Positions 10,138-20,017 of a stretch of 64,000 nucleotides of DNA are shown here, one piece after another (the stretch's first letter is position 1; every line of letters starts with the position of its first letter). Where the stretch lies: NCBI GenBank assembly GCA_963666285.1, contig OY762711.1. The stretch is one strand, 5' to 3'. The position numbers and the translations under genes are program-made. This stretch comes from Sedimentisphaerales bacterium (GTDB lineage: Bacteria; Planctomycetota; Phycisphaerae; Sedimentisphaerales; SM23-30). The notes beneath the pieces were generated by a model, which did no database searches, was not told the DNA's origin, and worked only from the letters and a program-made list of their open reading frames with translations.

Positions 10138-11016
10138 CTATACATTTTCAGAGCTCTCCTTCTTTTGTTTCGATTGTTTCATTCCGCCTGTCATCAACTG
10201 GAATAACCAGCCAAAGGCTACCATTGCTCCGAATACTATTGTCAATACTTTATGGTGGTTTTGTAAATTCGACCAGACTGGCGTTCCTTTTGCTATTATA
10301 GCCAGCATAAGGCCGGTTATCATTGCTGATGAGCCTACTACGCTGCAGCAAAAGCCCATTACTATCAATTTTAGTAATTTTGCCAGGACCAGGCCGATAA
10401 TTCCTCCAACTACGCACCACATAATCAAATAGCCGGCATTTTTACTTACTGTTGGCTTTAATTCATTATATATCTCTTGTAATTTCTGGCCAAATGAGTT
10501 GGCATATTTTCCGGCTTTCAATGCTGTCTGACTGGCTTTATTTAGTTCATCCAGGCGGCTGCCTTCCCCAAAAGGACTTCCGGAGCCAAATAGACCGGTT
10601 CCGTTTGAAGATGCATCTTCATCATACAAGCCGGTCTGGGAACTTTCATCAGATACCCTGGTCAGACCATGTTTGCCGATTGTGTAATCTAAATATCCTG
10701 TTCCAAAAGCAAATGAAAATATCATTATTGCCAATATGAATATTATTACCTGCTGTGCTAGCATCGCAATAAACGCACAAAGGGTTGCTGATATACAAAT
10801 CGTAGCAGCAGGGTGGACATCTATATATGACGATATCATAAAACCGATTGCTGTTCCAATACATGCACCGATAAAGCCGGTTACGGCTTTAAGGTATCTC
10901 AATCCGCCAATCCACAGAAATAAACCGAGGATCATCAGTGTTACACCGGTCAATACCACCGGCGCGGTATTGGCTTCCAGGCATGCCTGTTCTATTTTTA
11001 ATAATTGCTCGTTCAA
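10138..11016 (-). CDS. DUF4203-like membrane protein with soluble insertion
   Basis: GLFLWIGGLRYLK, CSVVGS; paralogous layout to the downstream gene; TTG start. Confidence 0.6.
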   Translation of the reverse strand: MNEQLLKIEQACLEANTAPVVLTGVTLMILGLFLWIGGLRYLKAVTGFIGACIGTAIGFMISSYIDVHPAATICISATLCAFIAMLAQQVIIFILAIMIFSFAFGTGYLDYTIGKHGLTRVSDESSQTGLYDEDASSNGTGLFGSGSPFGEGSRLDELNKASQTALKAGKYANSFGQKLQEIYNELKPTVSKNAGYLIMWCVVGGIIGLVLAKLLKLIVMGFCCSVVGSSAMITGLMLAIIAKGTPVWSNLQNHHKVLTIVFGAMVAFGWLFQLMTGGMKQSKQKKESSENV

Positions 11017-11468
11017 ATCTTACCTATTTTAGCTACTGTTTCTATCTTTACAGATTTTGACCCAATTCATTATATAATATCGGCTTACAGCATAAAATGT
11101 CACCATAATATTAGGTTTTTTTCTCCATTTTAGTCGGCTCTATTACGCTTTTATTGCATTTGCGATTATTTATCAAGACTAATTTATTAATGAAGAATTA
11201 CTATGCCATTGATAACAACAAAAATATGTTCAAAGAAGTCTATGGCAGTTGTTCAAATAGCTCAGAATCTATGATAATGCTAGCAAAACAATTCGGGAGA
11301 CATTACGTCATCTTTCCCCAACTGACTATTTTATATATAGTTACCTCGCTGTGAATTATAAACCTGTTTCCGTTCGCTAGTTTAGTTTTGCATTAATATT
11401 CTTTTCGGGTATAATACCCCAAGTTTGTATTTAATTAGTTTTATTAACTTAACTTATAGAGGCAAAAT

Positions 11469-12530
11469 ATGAGTATCCTAGATATTGTAAAACCAGGCGT
11501 TGTTTCTGGTGAAGACGTGCAAAAAGTTTTCGCTTATGCGAAAGAAAATGGTTTTGCACTTCCTGCGGTTAATTGTGTTGGAACAGACTCTTGTAATGCT
11601 GTAATGGAAGCTGGAGCAAAGGCTAAAGCTCCTGTTATCATTCAGTTTTCTAATGGTGGTGCCAACTTCGTTGCAGGTAAAACTTGCGATAACGGTAAAG
11701 TTCTTGGCGCTATCTCTGGTGCTATTCACGTTCACACTGTTGCTGAAGCTTATGGCATCCCTGTAATCTTGCACACAGACCATGCTGCTAAAAAGCTTCT
11801 GCCCTGGATTGATGCACTGTTAGATGAAGGCGAAAAGTATTTCGCTGAAACTGGCAAACCACTATTCTCTTCTCATATGCTTGACCTTTCAGAAGAAACT
11901 CTGGAAGAAAACATTGAAATCAGCTGCAAATATCTTGAGCGTATGGCCAAGATCGGTATGACTCTTGAAATCGAGCTGGGCTGTACTGGTGGCGAAGAAG
12001 ATGGTGTAGATAACTCTGATATGGATGAATCTAAGCTTTACACTCAGCCTGCTGACGTTGCTTACGCTTACGAAAAAATGATCAAAATCAGCCCTAATTT
12101 CACAATTGCGGCTTCTTTTGGTAATGTTCACGGTGTTTACAAGCCAGGTAATGTTAAACTTACTCCAACTATCCTGCGTGATTCCCAGACTGAAGTTTCT
12201 AAGAAGTTCGGCCTTGGCGATAACCCGCTGGACTTCGTATTCCATGGCGGTTCTGGTTCAACTCAGGCAGAGATCAAAGAAGCTATCTCTTACGGCGTTA
12301 TCAAAATGAATATCGATACAGATACCCAGTGGGCAACCTGGAAGGGTGTTCTTGATTTCTATAATGAAAATAAAGATTATCTTCAAGGTCAGCTTGGCAA
12401 TCCTGAAGGTGCCGATAAGCCTAACAAGAAGTTCTACGACCCACGCGTATGGCTTCGTAAAGGTCAGGAAAGCATGGTTGCTCGCATTGTAGAAGCATGC
12501 GATAGCCTTAACGCTACCGGCAAACTATAA
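11469..12530 (+). CDS. fbaA: Class II fructose-bisphosphate aldolase
   Basis: HTDH, SHMLDLS, EIELGCTGGEEDG, GNVHGVY, FHGGSG, KMNIDTD, YDPRVW. Confidence 0.97.
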   Translation: MSILDIVKPGVVSGEDVQKVFAYAKENGFALPAVNCVGTDSCNAVMEAGAKAKAPVIIQFSNGGANFVAGKTCDNGKVLGAISGAIHVHTVAEAYGIPVILHTDHAAKKLLPWIDALLDEGEKYFAETGKPLFSSHMLDLSEETLEENIEISCKYLERMAKIGMTLEIELGCTGGEEDGVDNSDMDESKLYTQPADVAYAYEKMIKISPNFTIAASFGNVHGVYKPGNVKLTPTILRDSQTEVSKKFGLGDNPLDFVFHGGSGSTQAEIKEAISYGVIKMNIDTDTQWATWKGVLDFYNENKDYLQGQLGNPEGADKPNKKFYDPRVWLRKGQESMVARIVEACDSLNATGKL

Positions 12531-12552
12531 TTGATAGTTTATCGAAAAAATT

Positions 12553-12589
12553 AAAAGCCATGCCATTCCGATGGCGTGGCTTTTTCTTT
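12553..12589 (+). terminator. Rho-independent terminator of fbaA
   Basis: GCCATGCCAT-TCCG-ATGGCGTGGC followed by a T run. Confidence 0.85.
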
Positions 12590-12591
12590 AA

Positions 12592-12615
12592 GTAGCACAA
12601 GCGTCCCCGCTTGTG
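12592..12615 (+). repeat. REP-like palindrome with GTAG foot
   Basis: GTAG-CACAAGCG-TCCC-CGCTTGTG. Confidence 0.6.
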
Positions 12616-12746
12616 AATTATTTATCTTCGGCGCAGCCGAAACCTTAAAGAGTCTTTTAGGGCGAAATATGTGGTTTGAAATTTTTAAAATAACGTCGCG
12701 CAGCGACACCTCAAGTAATTGTTGTTAACTCCAAAAAGGTGTTCGT

Positions 12747-13877
12747 ATGAAAAAATATTACCTGATTATTCTTGCTATCTTGGTATCCTCTACCTATATC
12801 TCTGCCCAAACTACCTCTATCACCAGCTACGAACTATTTCTCGACACCGACGGCAACCACATAAACGCCCATGGAGCAGGGGTGCTGTATCATGACGGTG
12901 TTTATTATCTATATGGCGAATACAAAAAGAGATGGGCCAGCGCTCTCGGCGTCAGTTGTTATTCATCCGGCGATCTCTATAACTGGCAGTTCAAAGGCTT
13001 GGCCCTAACAAACATCGACCGACCCGGCCACGATATCCAACCCGGAGCCGTTATCGAACGCCCCAAGGTCATCTACAATGCCAAAACCGGCAAATTCGTC
13101 ATGTGGTTTCATCTGGAACTGCGAGGCAAGGGGTACGAAGCTGCCCGTACCGCTGTTGCCGTTAGTGACTCTCCGGAAGGACCATTCGAGTATATCCGCT
13201 CTCTACGGCCCAATCCTGCCATATGGCCCATGAACTATTCCCAACAGCTTTACAACGCCTACAGGGAAAAATCGAACGGTTCAGATAAAGGTTTTTTCAA
13301 CCCCGGCACAGTCGGCGACTTCCTCGCACGCGACCTCGATTCCGGCCAGATGGCACGTGATATGACCCTTTTTGTGGATGATGATGGCAAAGCCTACCAT
13401 ATCCACGCTTCCGAAGAAAACCAGACTCTCCATATTTGTGAGCTTACCGACGATTATCTCGACTTCTCCGGTCGCTACACCCGCGTTCTGCCCGGCCAGA
13501 GCAACGAAGCCCCGGCAATATGCAAATTCAAAGGCATGTATTACATGATCTCCTCAGGCTGTACCGGTTGGGCACCCAACCAGGCTCGTTCTGCTGTCGC
13601 TCCTACTATCTGGGGACCCTGGACCTATACCGGCAACCCCTGCCAGGGCACCAACCCGCACAATAACTTGGGGCCGGACAAAACCTACGGCGGTCAAAGC
13701 ACATACCTTCTCCCAGTACAGGGCAAAGACAATGCCTTCATCGCTATGTTCGATGTGTGGCGGCCACACAACCAGCAGGACAGCCGCTATCTCTGGCTCC
13801 CCGCCCGCATCAAAGACGGCAAGCTCATCGTCCGCTGGCAATCCAGCTGGAACCTCTCATTTTTCGATCAGCAGTAA
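12747..13877 (+). CDS. Secreted glycoside hydrolase family 43 (GH43_24-like, exo-beta-1,3-galactanase type)
   Basis: Signal peptide; AHGAG, YYLYGE, ERPKVIYN, RDMTLFVDDDGKAY, EAPA, SGCTGW.PN, GQST. Confidence 0.85.
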   Translation: MKKYYLIILAILVSSTYISAQTTSITSYELFLDTDGNHINAHGAGVLYHDGVYYLYGEYKKRWASALGVSCYSSGDLYNWQFKGLALTNIDRPGHDIQPGAVIERPKVIYNAKTGKFVMWFHLELRGKGYEAARTAVAVSDSPEGPFEYIRSLRPNPAIWPMNYSQQLYNAYREKSNGSDKGFFNPGTVGDFLARDLDSGQMARDMTLFVDDDGKAYHIHASEENQTLHICELTDDYLDFSGRYTRVLPGQSNEAPAICKFKGMYYMISSGCTGWAPNQARSAVAPTIWGPWTYTGNPCQGTNPHNNLGPDKTYGGQSTYLLPVQGKDNAFIAMFDVWRPHNQQDSRYLWLPARIKDGKLIVRWQSSWNLSFFDQQ

Positions 13878-13952
13878 TGCAATAGTGTTGCATAAATAAT
13901 GAAAACAAACCATTTATCAGTTTGAGCAGTATAACTATGCTTATCAAGTCAT

Positions 13953-14600
13953 TTAGTATGAGCTGCAAATCTTCTGCATATGCATTTTTAGCGTCTCGAT
14001 TTCTGTAAAGATCATATCAGGCATAGACTCCTGCAGCTCTGATATATTTGCGGTACTGCTCCACGCGGCTGACCAGATTGCTATTCCCGCATCCCTGGCA
14101 GATTTTATATCACTTGCCGTATCTCCTATATATACTGCTTCTTCAGGCATAAGATTATACTTGGCAAGAACTGCTTGTATCCCTTCAACCTTTCTGGGGC
14201 CTTTAATCCAGCCAGTTTCCACCATATCAAACATATCACTTATGCCGTAAATCTCCAGTGTTATTCTGGCACTCTTATGCCCTTTACCCGTCACCAGTGC
14301 CGCAATCAACTCGCTTGACCTCAAATATTCAAGCAGCTCTACTATCCCGTCAAAAGGGGACATACTCATGCTGTGCAGTTCCTGGTAGTATTTCAAATAA
14401 TCTTTTACTCCTTGTTCATAATGGTCTGGTATCAGCTGTTGGATCGTTCCCTCTTCGCTTGGACCGAATGTTGCAATTATCTCATTGTCTGACAGCTTCT
14501 TGCCTGCCAGTGGTTCGATTGACTTCTTGAATGCTTCTATACATAGCGGCAGTGTGTCACCTAATGTGCCGTCCAGGTCAAAAATTACTGCTTTTATCAT
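13953..14600 (-). CDS. HAD family hydrolase (phosphoglycolate-phosphatase-like)
   Basis: FDLDGTL, VTGK, YIGDTASD. Confidence 0.9.
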   Translation of the reverse strand: MIKAVIFDLDGTLGDTLPLCIEAFKKSIEPLAGKKLSDNEIIATFGPSEEGTIQQLIPDHYEQGVKDYLKYYQELHSMSMSPFDGIVELLEYLRSSELIAALVTGKGHKSARITLEIYGISDMFDMVETGWIKGPRKVEGIQAVLAKYNLMPEEAVYIGDTASDIKSARDAGIAIWSAAWSSTANISELQESMPDMIFTEIETLKMHMQKICSSY

Positions 14601-14649
14601 CTACTTTATCTTTCTTTATTTCCTTTTGCTTTTTCTATTCTTAGTTACT

Positions 14650-14800
14650 GTTTACTTTCGCACTTTTAAAGTTGCAATAATGAAATGCCTCTGGTAAATC
14701 GCCTAAAAGGGTCTTCCTGCAACGCTTTGAATTTTAAAAAATGTGAGACGAAAGTCGAACACCTTAAATTTTCACTATTCATTTTTCATTTCGCGATGCT
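14650..14800 (+). repeat. R1 left half joined to an AGGTGT-hairpin module (module on the minus strand)
   Basis: GTTTACTTTCGCAC...CTCTGGTAAATCGCCTAAAAGGG, then GTGAGACGAAAGTCGAACACCT and a TTTTCA-rich run matching the reverse complement of 53028-53095. Confidence 0.8.
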
Positions 14801-16699
14801 TGCCACTTCCTCATCGCTTCTCGCTTCTAACTTTTCTATCTCTTTACGTATCTCCGGAAAGATAATATTCTCTACCATAGTATAAATAATATTCGCTAAA
14901 GCTCCGGCAACAACACCATCCGTCTCTAAATGAAACATGCCGCCGTCCGCCAGCCAGCAAATATCAGCCGGCATATTTTTGTACAAATGTGAAAAATCAA
15001 ATTCTTCCGAATTATCCTTATTCAACCTGGAGGTAATGTCTTTTTTCAATTCATATGGTAAATATTTATTTAATGCCGTATTCAATGTTGCCCATAAGGT
15101 TTCGGAATCAAGATAATGCATATAATATATATTTTCAGGAAGATCTTTCGTTGCCCTAACAAACTTCGGACTTGACAGTATAGACTTCGATATGTCCTGA
15201 GATTGCCATAAGCTGATCATTTCAACTGCTGCCTGTTCGGATGTTGACAAAACAATGTTATTAGCATCAAGAGCAAAAATTGAAGGCTTAATAATATCAG
15301 ATAAAACCGGATATGAAAAAGAATAAAGATCAACCCCGTTACAATCTTTTACAGAAAGATCGACCCTTTCTTTATCCTTAACTTGAGCATTCAGTGCCTG
15401 AATAAACAACCCGGAATCATTGACTCCCAAAATACAAGTGATATTATTATTTCGTAGATTAACCGCATCATCCGCCTTAACAGTAACAAGCATAGCCCAG
15501 GTCAGATTGTTAAATATCCCCTCTAAAAAATCATCACCAACCAATTCTTTGATATTGGCAGCCAAACGCTGCATCTCCTGTGGAGTAATTTCTCCAAACT
15601 TAACAGATGAATTCATTAAAGTGATAAAACTTGTTTTATAATCATAGTTAAATGCTGCCATACCAGTCACATCTGCCGGAATTACAGAAAGCAGCTTACG
15701 GTTAAGTTTTGTTACTTTCTTAAATCTGGGGAAAAAGTTTGAATCAATATTAAAAAATTCTGTTTCGTATAAAAATGCATCTTTTTCTAATTTTACATCA
15801 TAGGCATCTATTACAGTTTGCCTGTCTTTGAAGCTGAATCTGTAATAAGATTTTCCTGATTGCTCCCGAGGCGTCAAGTTGCGATATTTTATAATTTCAT
15901 TTGGCAGCTGATAGCTGTTATTCTTGAACTGGTTTACAACAAATTCGTTGTTTTGCATAAATATAATGTCATCTCCTTGAAAACAATTGCTCTTGAAGCA
16001 TTCAATAGTTTCAGAACGAGACGAGATCGATTTCGCCATAGCTACCAGGCTTTGCTCTACTATATTATCCAAAGTGGCTATCGCAATTATGTATTTGTCA
16101 ATAACACATAAACACAATACCGGACGATGCCGATAAACCATTATATCTCCGGTCAATATTATAACGTTTCCATATTCAGGATATTTAACCACCTCAATAG
16201 CGGTTTTATTGTTTGCGAAGGTATTAAATTCTTTTAATACTTTAATATATTCATTCAGCTTTGCCTGATCTCCCGGGGTAATATAATATACGTAACTATT
16301 TGCACTCTCAATATCACGTGAAGAACTATCAACAACAAGACCAAACAATGAAGGATCTTGCAGCAATTTAAGATCGATAATCTTATCTCGAATCTCTTTA
16401 TATTCGGAAGTTTGCCGATAGTGTTTACTTATTATACTTTCCGGATGTATTGCTTGACTTAGCAGAGACTTAATATATTCATCTTCAAACACATCGTGCA
16501 AAATTGTTTTGTCATAATCATCTGACAAATTATCAGTTCCGCTGCTGGCAATATAAAAAAGGGAATCGTCGGGAGCAAGTGCCGCCAGCTCTTTAGCCAA
16601 AGAACGCGAATCCGGAGATTTAAAAGAGAGGTCAAACTGCATCGCTATCGCGACAGCAACAGTCAAGAAGGTAATAAACCCAAACAACTTCAATTTCAT
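14786..16699 (-). CDS. Membrane-anchored or secreted hypothetical protein (DUF3352-like architecture)
   Basis: N-terminal hydrophobic helix, long ORF; probable ATG at 16699 after AAAGGA; family assignment tentative. Confidence 0.6.
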   Translation of the reverse strand: MKLKLFGFITFLTVAVAIAMQFDLSFKSPDSRSLAKELAALAPDDSLFYIASSGTDNLSDDYDKTILHDVFEDEYIKSLLSQAIHPESIISKHYRQTSEYKEIRDKIIDLKLLQDPSLFGLVVDSSSRDIESANSYVYYITPGDQAKLNEYIKVLKEFNTFANNKTAIEVVKYPEYGNVIILTGDIMVYRHRPVLCLCVIDKYIIAIATLDNIVEQSLVAMAKSISSRSETIECFKSNCFQGDDIIFMQNNEFVVNQFKNNSYQLPNEIIKYRNLTPREQSGKSYYRFSFKDRQTVIDAYDVKLEKDAFLYETEFFNIDSNFFPRFKKVTKLNRKLLSVIPADVTGMAAFNYDYKTSFITLMNSSVKFGEITPQEMQRLAANIKELVGDDFLEGIFNNLTWAMLVTVKADDAVNLRNNNITCILGVNDSGLFIQALNAQVKDKERVDLSVKDCNGVDLYSFSYPVLSDIIKPSIFALDANNIVLSTSEQAAVEMISLWQSQDISKSILSSPKFVRATKDLPENIYYMHYLDSETLWATLNTALNKYLPYELKKDITSRLNKDNSEEFDFSHLYKNMPADICWLADGGMFHLETDGVVAGALANIIYTMVENIIFPEIRKEIEKLEARSDEEVASIAK

Positions 16700-16865
16700 A
16701 ATAGATAATCCTTTATCTAAGTTATTCAAAGTGACCGATTTTACACTTTTTATTGCTGTAACACAATTTTATGCAAATTGTTACATTAATGATTTAATTA
16801 GCTTGCCGCTTTGCGACAAACCTTACCTAATACCTCTCAAACTGGCCATCGGTCAGTTTGAGTAA

Positions 16866-17040
16866 GTTAATTTTCTCAGTTTTTGAATTGCAATAACGAA
16901 TTGCCTTTTGATAATTCGTCTAAAAGGGCCTTTTTGCAACACTTTAAATTTAAACGAAACGTGAGATGCGATGTTGAGCAAAGCGAAATCCCGATGAACA
17001 TCGGCAAACACCTTAATTTTTCACTTTTCTATTCATTTAA
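16866..17040 (+). repeat. Diverged R1 left half plus AGGTGT-hairpin module
   Basis: CAGTTTTTGAATTGCAATAACG...CTAAAAGGGCC...TGCAACACTTT, then CCGATGAACATCGG hairpin and ACACCT. Confidence 0.7.
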
Positions 17041-17243
17041 CATCATTACCGGCTCATCAATTCCATTGCCATATAAGAATTCCTGTGCCAGGCATGCTTC
17101 TGAAGCATTATCCATAGAAGCATAATCACCTGCCACTCATCATTATGGTAACACCAAACCGTTTTGTCAACATCTTCATTTTCATCATAGAAAACTGCCA
17201 AAATCCGCCTGCCAAGGGCATCATATTCATATTCAACCAGCAA
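17029..17243 (-). pseudogene. RHS/YD-repeat protein remnant
   Basis: YEYDALGRRI...YHNDEWQVI, then a frameshift to QEFLYGNGIDEPVMM, typical of the region before the RHS core; no intact gene around it. Confidence 0.75.
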
Positions 17244-17434
17244 AGAGAACTAAAAGGGGTACGTCCCTTTTTCTTTATCCGCGACCATCTGTTCAACCTT
17301 TACTCCCGCACCAACTTTAAAACAAGTCGTCCGCTAATGCGAATTATTCCTGATGTCAACGTACATCAGGACACCTTCACCTCTGGGAACGCTGAGCACC
17401 GGCTCGGCACATTATTTAAAACAGGTCGCGTAAG

Positions 17435-18127
17435 CGACACCTTCACATCATTGGATTTGCCCAATGATGTGCCAGAGTGCGCAGCACGTATTTCCTGGCA
17501 GCTGGCTGCTCGCCGCTGTTGGCTACATTCCTGTTCTACTGCTCTCCTGTCAACTTTCCAGCGACCTTCCGTCGCTCGGCGTCAGCTTTAGAATAAGGTC
17601 CTGTACCGTACGGTACAAGACACCTCAACTCTTACCTCTTACTTTTACCTGTCTTCCCGCTTCCGCTTCGTTCCCGTCCGTATACCGCCGCACCCATTCA
17701 ACGTTCCGCCGTATATTGCCCGCAGCCCGCAATTCCCCGCCGTTCAAATCCATTCCCCTTTTCACCGCCTTCCACCCGCCGCGCTGCCCCGTATATATTC
17801 CGATTACCTCCCGTCACACATTAATTAGTGGTCGCGAAGCGACACCGCAATTCTTCACTCTCAACTCTTCATTCTTCACTTGATTTTTTCAAAGAAAATA
17901 TCATCTCGTTTTTACAACCACCAAAATGCGAAAATCTGAAATCTTTAAAATTATTATCCCGCATTACCCCAACCCTTTACAAATCTTCGGGCCAACCATC
18001 CCGCCACAAAAATCAGCGCACTTTCGACATACCGTCCAACAGTAGAGAGCTAACAAAAAATGAGAACCAACAAAAAACAGCTCTCTCTAAAACATAACAA
18101 CGACGAAAACTTCGTCTTAAACATAAA
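17435..18127 (-). repeat. Long structured non-coding element, copy A (inverted relative to 52554-53187)
   Basis: Reverse complement matches copy B over long stretches, e.g. TTAAGACGAAGTTTTCGTCGTTGTT, CTCTCTACTGTTGGACGGTATGTCGAAAGTGCGCTGATTTT, AATATACGGCGG, CTCTGGCACATCATTGG...CCAATGATGTGAAGGT. Confidence 0.9.
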
Positions 18128-18213
18128 ATATGTTATTGGATTGTAAATTTTTAATATATATCAGTCGATAAACATAGTAATATATAGCGATTACTTAATT
18201 ATAAGGATATATT

Positions 18214-19719
18214 ATGGCTGAATATGTTAAAATAAATAATTTATGTCACTTCGTTTGCAAACAGGTTGAACTTCGCGGCTGGCTATATAACGCCAGGTCG
18301 GGTGGCAAGGTCTTATTTCTTGTTGTCAGGGACGGCACAGGCTTATGTCAGGCCGTTTTCGAAAAAAACGATACTAATGCTGAACTCTTTGACAAGGTCA
18401 AACATTTGGGCCAGGAATCATCTATTACACTTACTGGAACCGTTAAGGAAGAGCCTAGAAGTGTAGGGGGGTATGAGCTGGCCGTTGACAACGTTAACAT
18501 TGTTCACGAAACCTCTGATTATCCTATCACACCCAAAAGTCATGGCATTGATTTTCTGATGAAAAACCGACATCTGCATCTTCGCAGCCAGCGTCAATGG
18601 GCAATCGCTCGTATCAGACACACTATTATCGATGCTATTAGGACTTATTTTAACAGTAATGATTTTATTTTGGTAGATACCCCGATTTTTTCACCTGCGG
18701 CCGGCGAAGAGGAACAGTCACTATTTAATGTCGATTATTTCGGCGAAGATGTGGCACTTTCTCAAACTGGACAGTTATATTTAGAAACAGCGGCAATGAG
18801 TCTAGGAAAAGTTTATTGCTTTGGACCTACCTTTAGGGCGGAAAAGAGTAAAACCAGACGGCATCTTACCGAATTCTGGATGGTTGAGCCGGAAATTTGC
18901 TATGTTGATATAAATGACCTTATGAAAGTTGGCGAAGGTTTAATTTGTGCTATTGTGGATGCTTCAATTCAAAAATGCAGTCATGAGCTCGATATTCTGC
19001 AGCGTGATTTATCTGATTTACAGAAAATTAAGCCTCCTTTTGCTCAGTTAAGCTATAAAGAAGCTGTAGATATGCTTCATAGCACCGACATCTCAGATTG
19101 GCTCGACAGTCAGCTGGAAGCTAAAATTATCGAAAAAAATGAATTAGAAAAAAATATTTTGGAATGGACCGACCAGCAAAATCAGGCCAAAAAGCAATGG
19201 CAGAAAGATAAGCTTGCTGCCCAGATTATTACTGCTAATTCCCAGGTTTCAGAGCTTACCGAGCAAATCGAAAATATGCCAAAACATAAAGAACTTGCTC
19301 TTAACTTTCAATGGGGAAAGGATTTAGGTGGATCTGATGAAACTATTATATCCATGCAGTTTGATACTCCTGTATTTGTCCACCGTTATCCCAAAGATGT
19401 TAAGGCCTTTTATATGAAGCCTGATCCCGATGATTCTTCCGTTGTTTTAAATTTTGATTGCCTTGCTCCTCAGGGTTATGGTGAAATAATTGGCGGTTCT
19501 ATGCGGGAAGAAGACTATCGGGCGCTACATAACCGCATTCAACAGTTAGGTTTTGATCCTGATAACTATAGCTGGTACCTGGATTTAAGAAAATATGGGT
19601 CAGTTCCGCACGGCGGCTTTGGTTTGGGGGTTGAAAGAACTGTCGCCTGGATTACCGGTGCCAAACATATTAGAGAATGTATCGCTTTTCCGAGAATGAT
19701 GGGCAAGGTCTTCCCTTAA
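18214..19719 (+). CDS. asnS: Asparagine--tRNA ligase with ~75-aa helical insertion
   Basis: OB fold RGW...RDGTG, LSQTGQLYLE, FRAEKSKTRRHLTEFWMVEPE, GEIIGGS.RE, PHGGFGLGVER, FPR. Confidence 0.95.
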   Translation: MAEYVKINNLCHFVCKQVELRGWLYNARSGGKVLFLVVRDGTGLCQAVFEKNDTNAELFDKVKHLGQESSITLTGTVKEEPRSVGGYELAVDNVNIVHETSDYPITPKSHGIDFLMKNRHLHLRSQRQWAIARIRHTIIDAIRTYFNSNDFILVDTPIFSPAAGEEEQSLFNVDYFGEDVALSQTGQLYLETAAMSLGKVYCFGPTFRAEKSKTRRHLTEFWMVEPEICYVDINDLMKVGEGLICAIVDASIQKCSHELDILQRDLSDLQKIKPPFAQLSYKEAVDMLHSTDISDWLDSQLEAKIIEKNELEKNILEWTDQQNQAKKQWQKDKLAAQIITANSQVSELTEQIENMPKHKELALNFQWGKDLGGSDETIISMQFDTPVFVHRYPKDVKAFYMKPDPDDSSVVLNFDCLAPQGYGEIIGGSMREEDYRALHNRIQQLGFDPDNYSWYLDLRKYGSVPHGGFGLGVERTVAWITGAKHIRECIAFPRMMGKVFP

Positions 19720-20017
19720 TAGAATTTGGAATAATACTACAAAAGAAATATTTTGCGTATTTTCCCATAATTTTTGTTGTTTTATTATTTTTTGATACAA
19801 AATCGTTAGGTTAAAGCTGATTATTTTGTTATAATGACTCTTAATAAGTGAAAATCAGTAATTTATAAAAGAGAAAAAATTCAATTAATATTATTTTTAA
19901 TATTGACTTTAAGTTTAATATCTGTTATAAATTACTATAGAAGTGATTAAAGTGAGTTGCAGAAAAGGCAATATTTACTAAATGAGAAAACGAACTTTTT
20001 TGGAGGTACGTAAAATT

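Noticed and set aside
12592..17435. Integron cassette array
   Set aside because: No intI, no RYYYAAC...GTTRRRY attC structure recognised, and genes are on both strands
17145..18097. ORF-track proteins of 148, 139 and 89 aa (and 53244-53701)
   Set aside because: They lie within repeat modules; the homologous copy has a 10-bp frameshifting duplication and many non-synonymous changes
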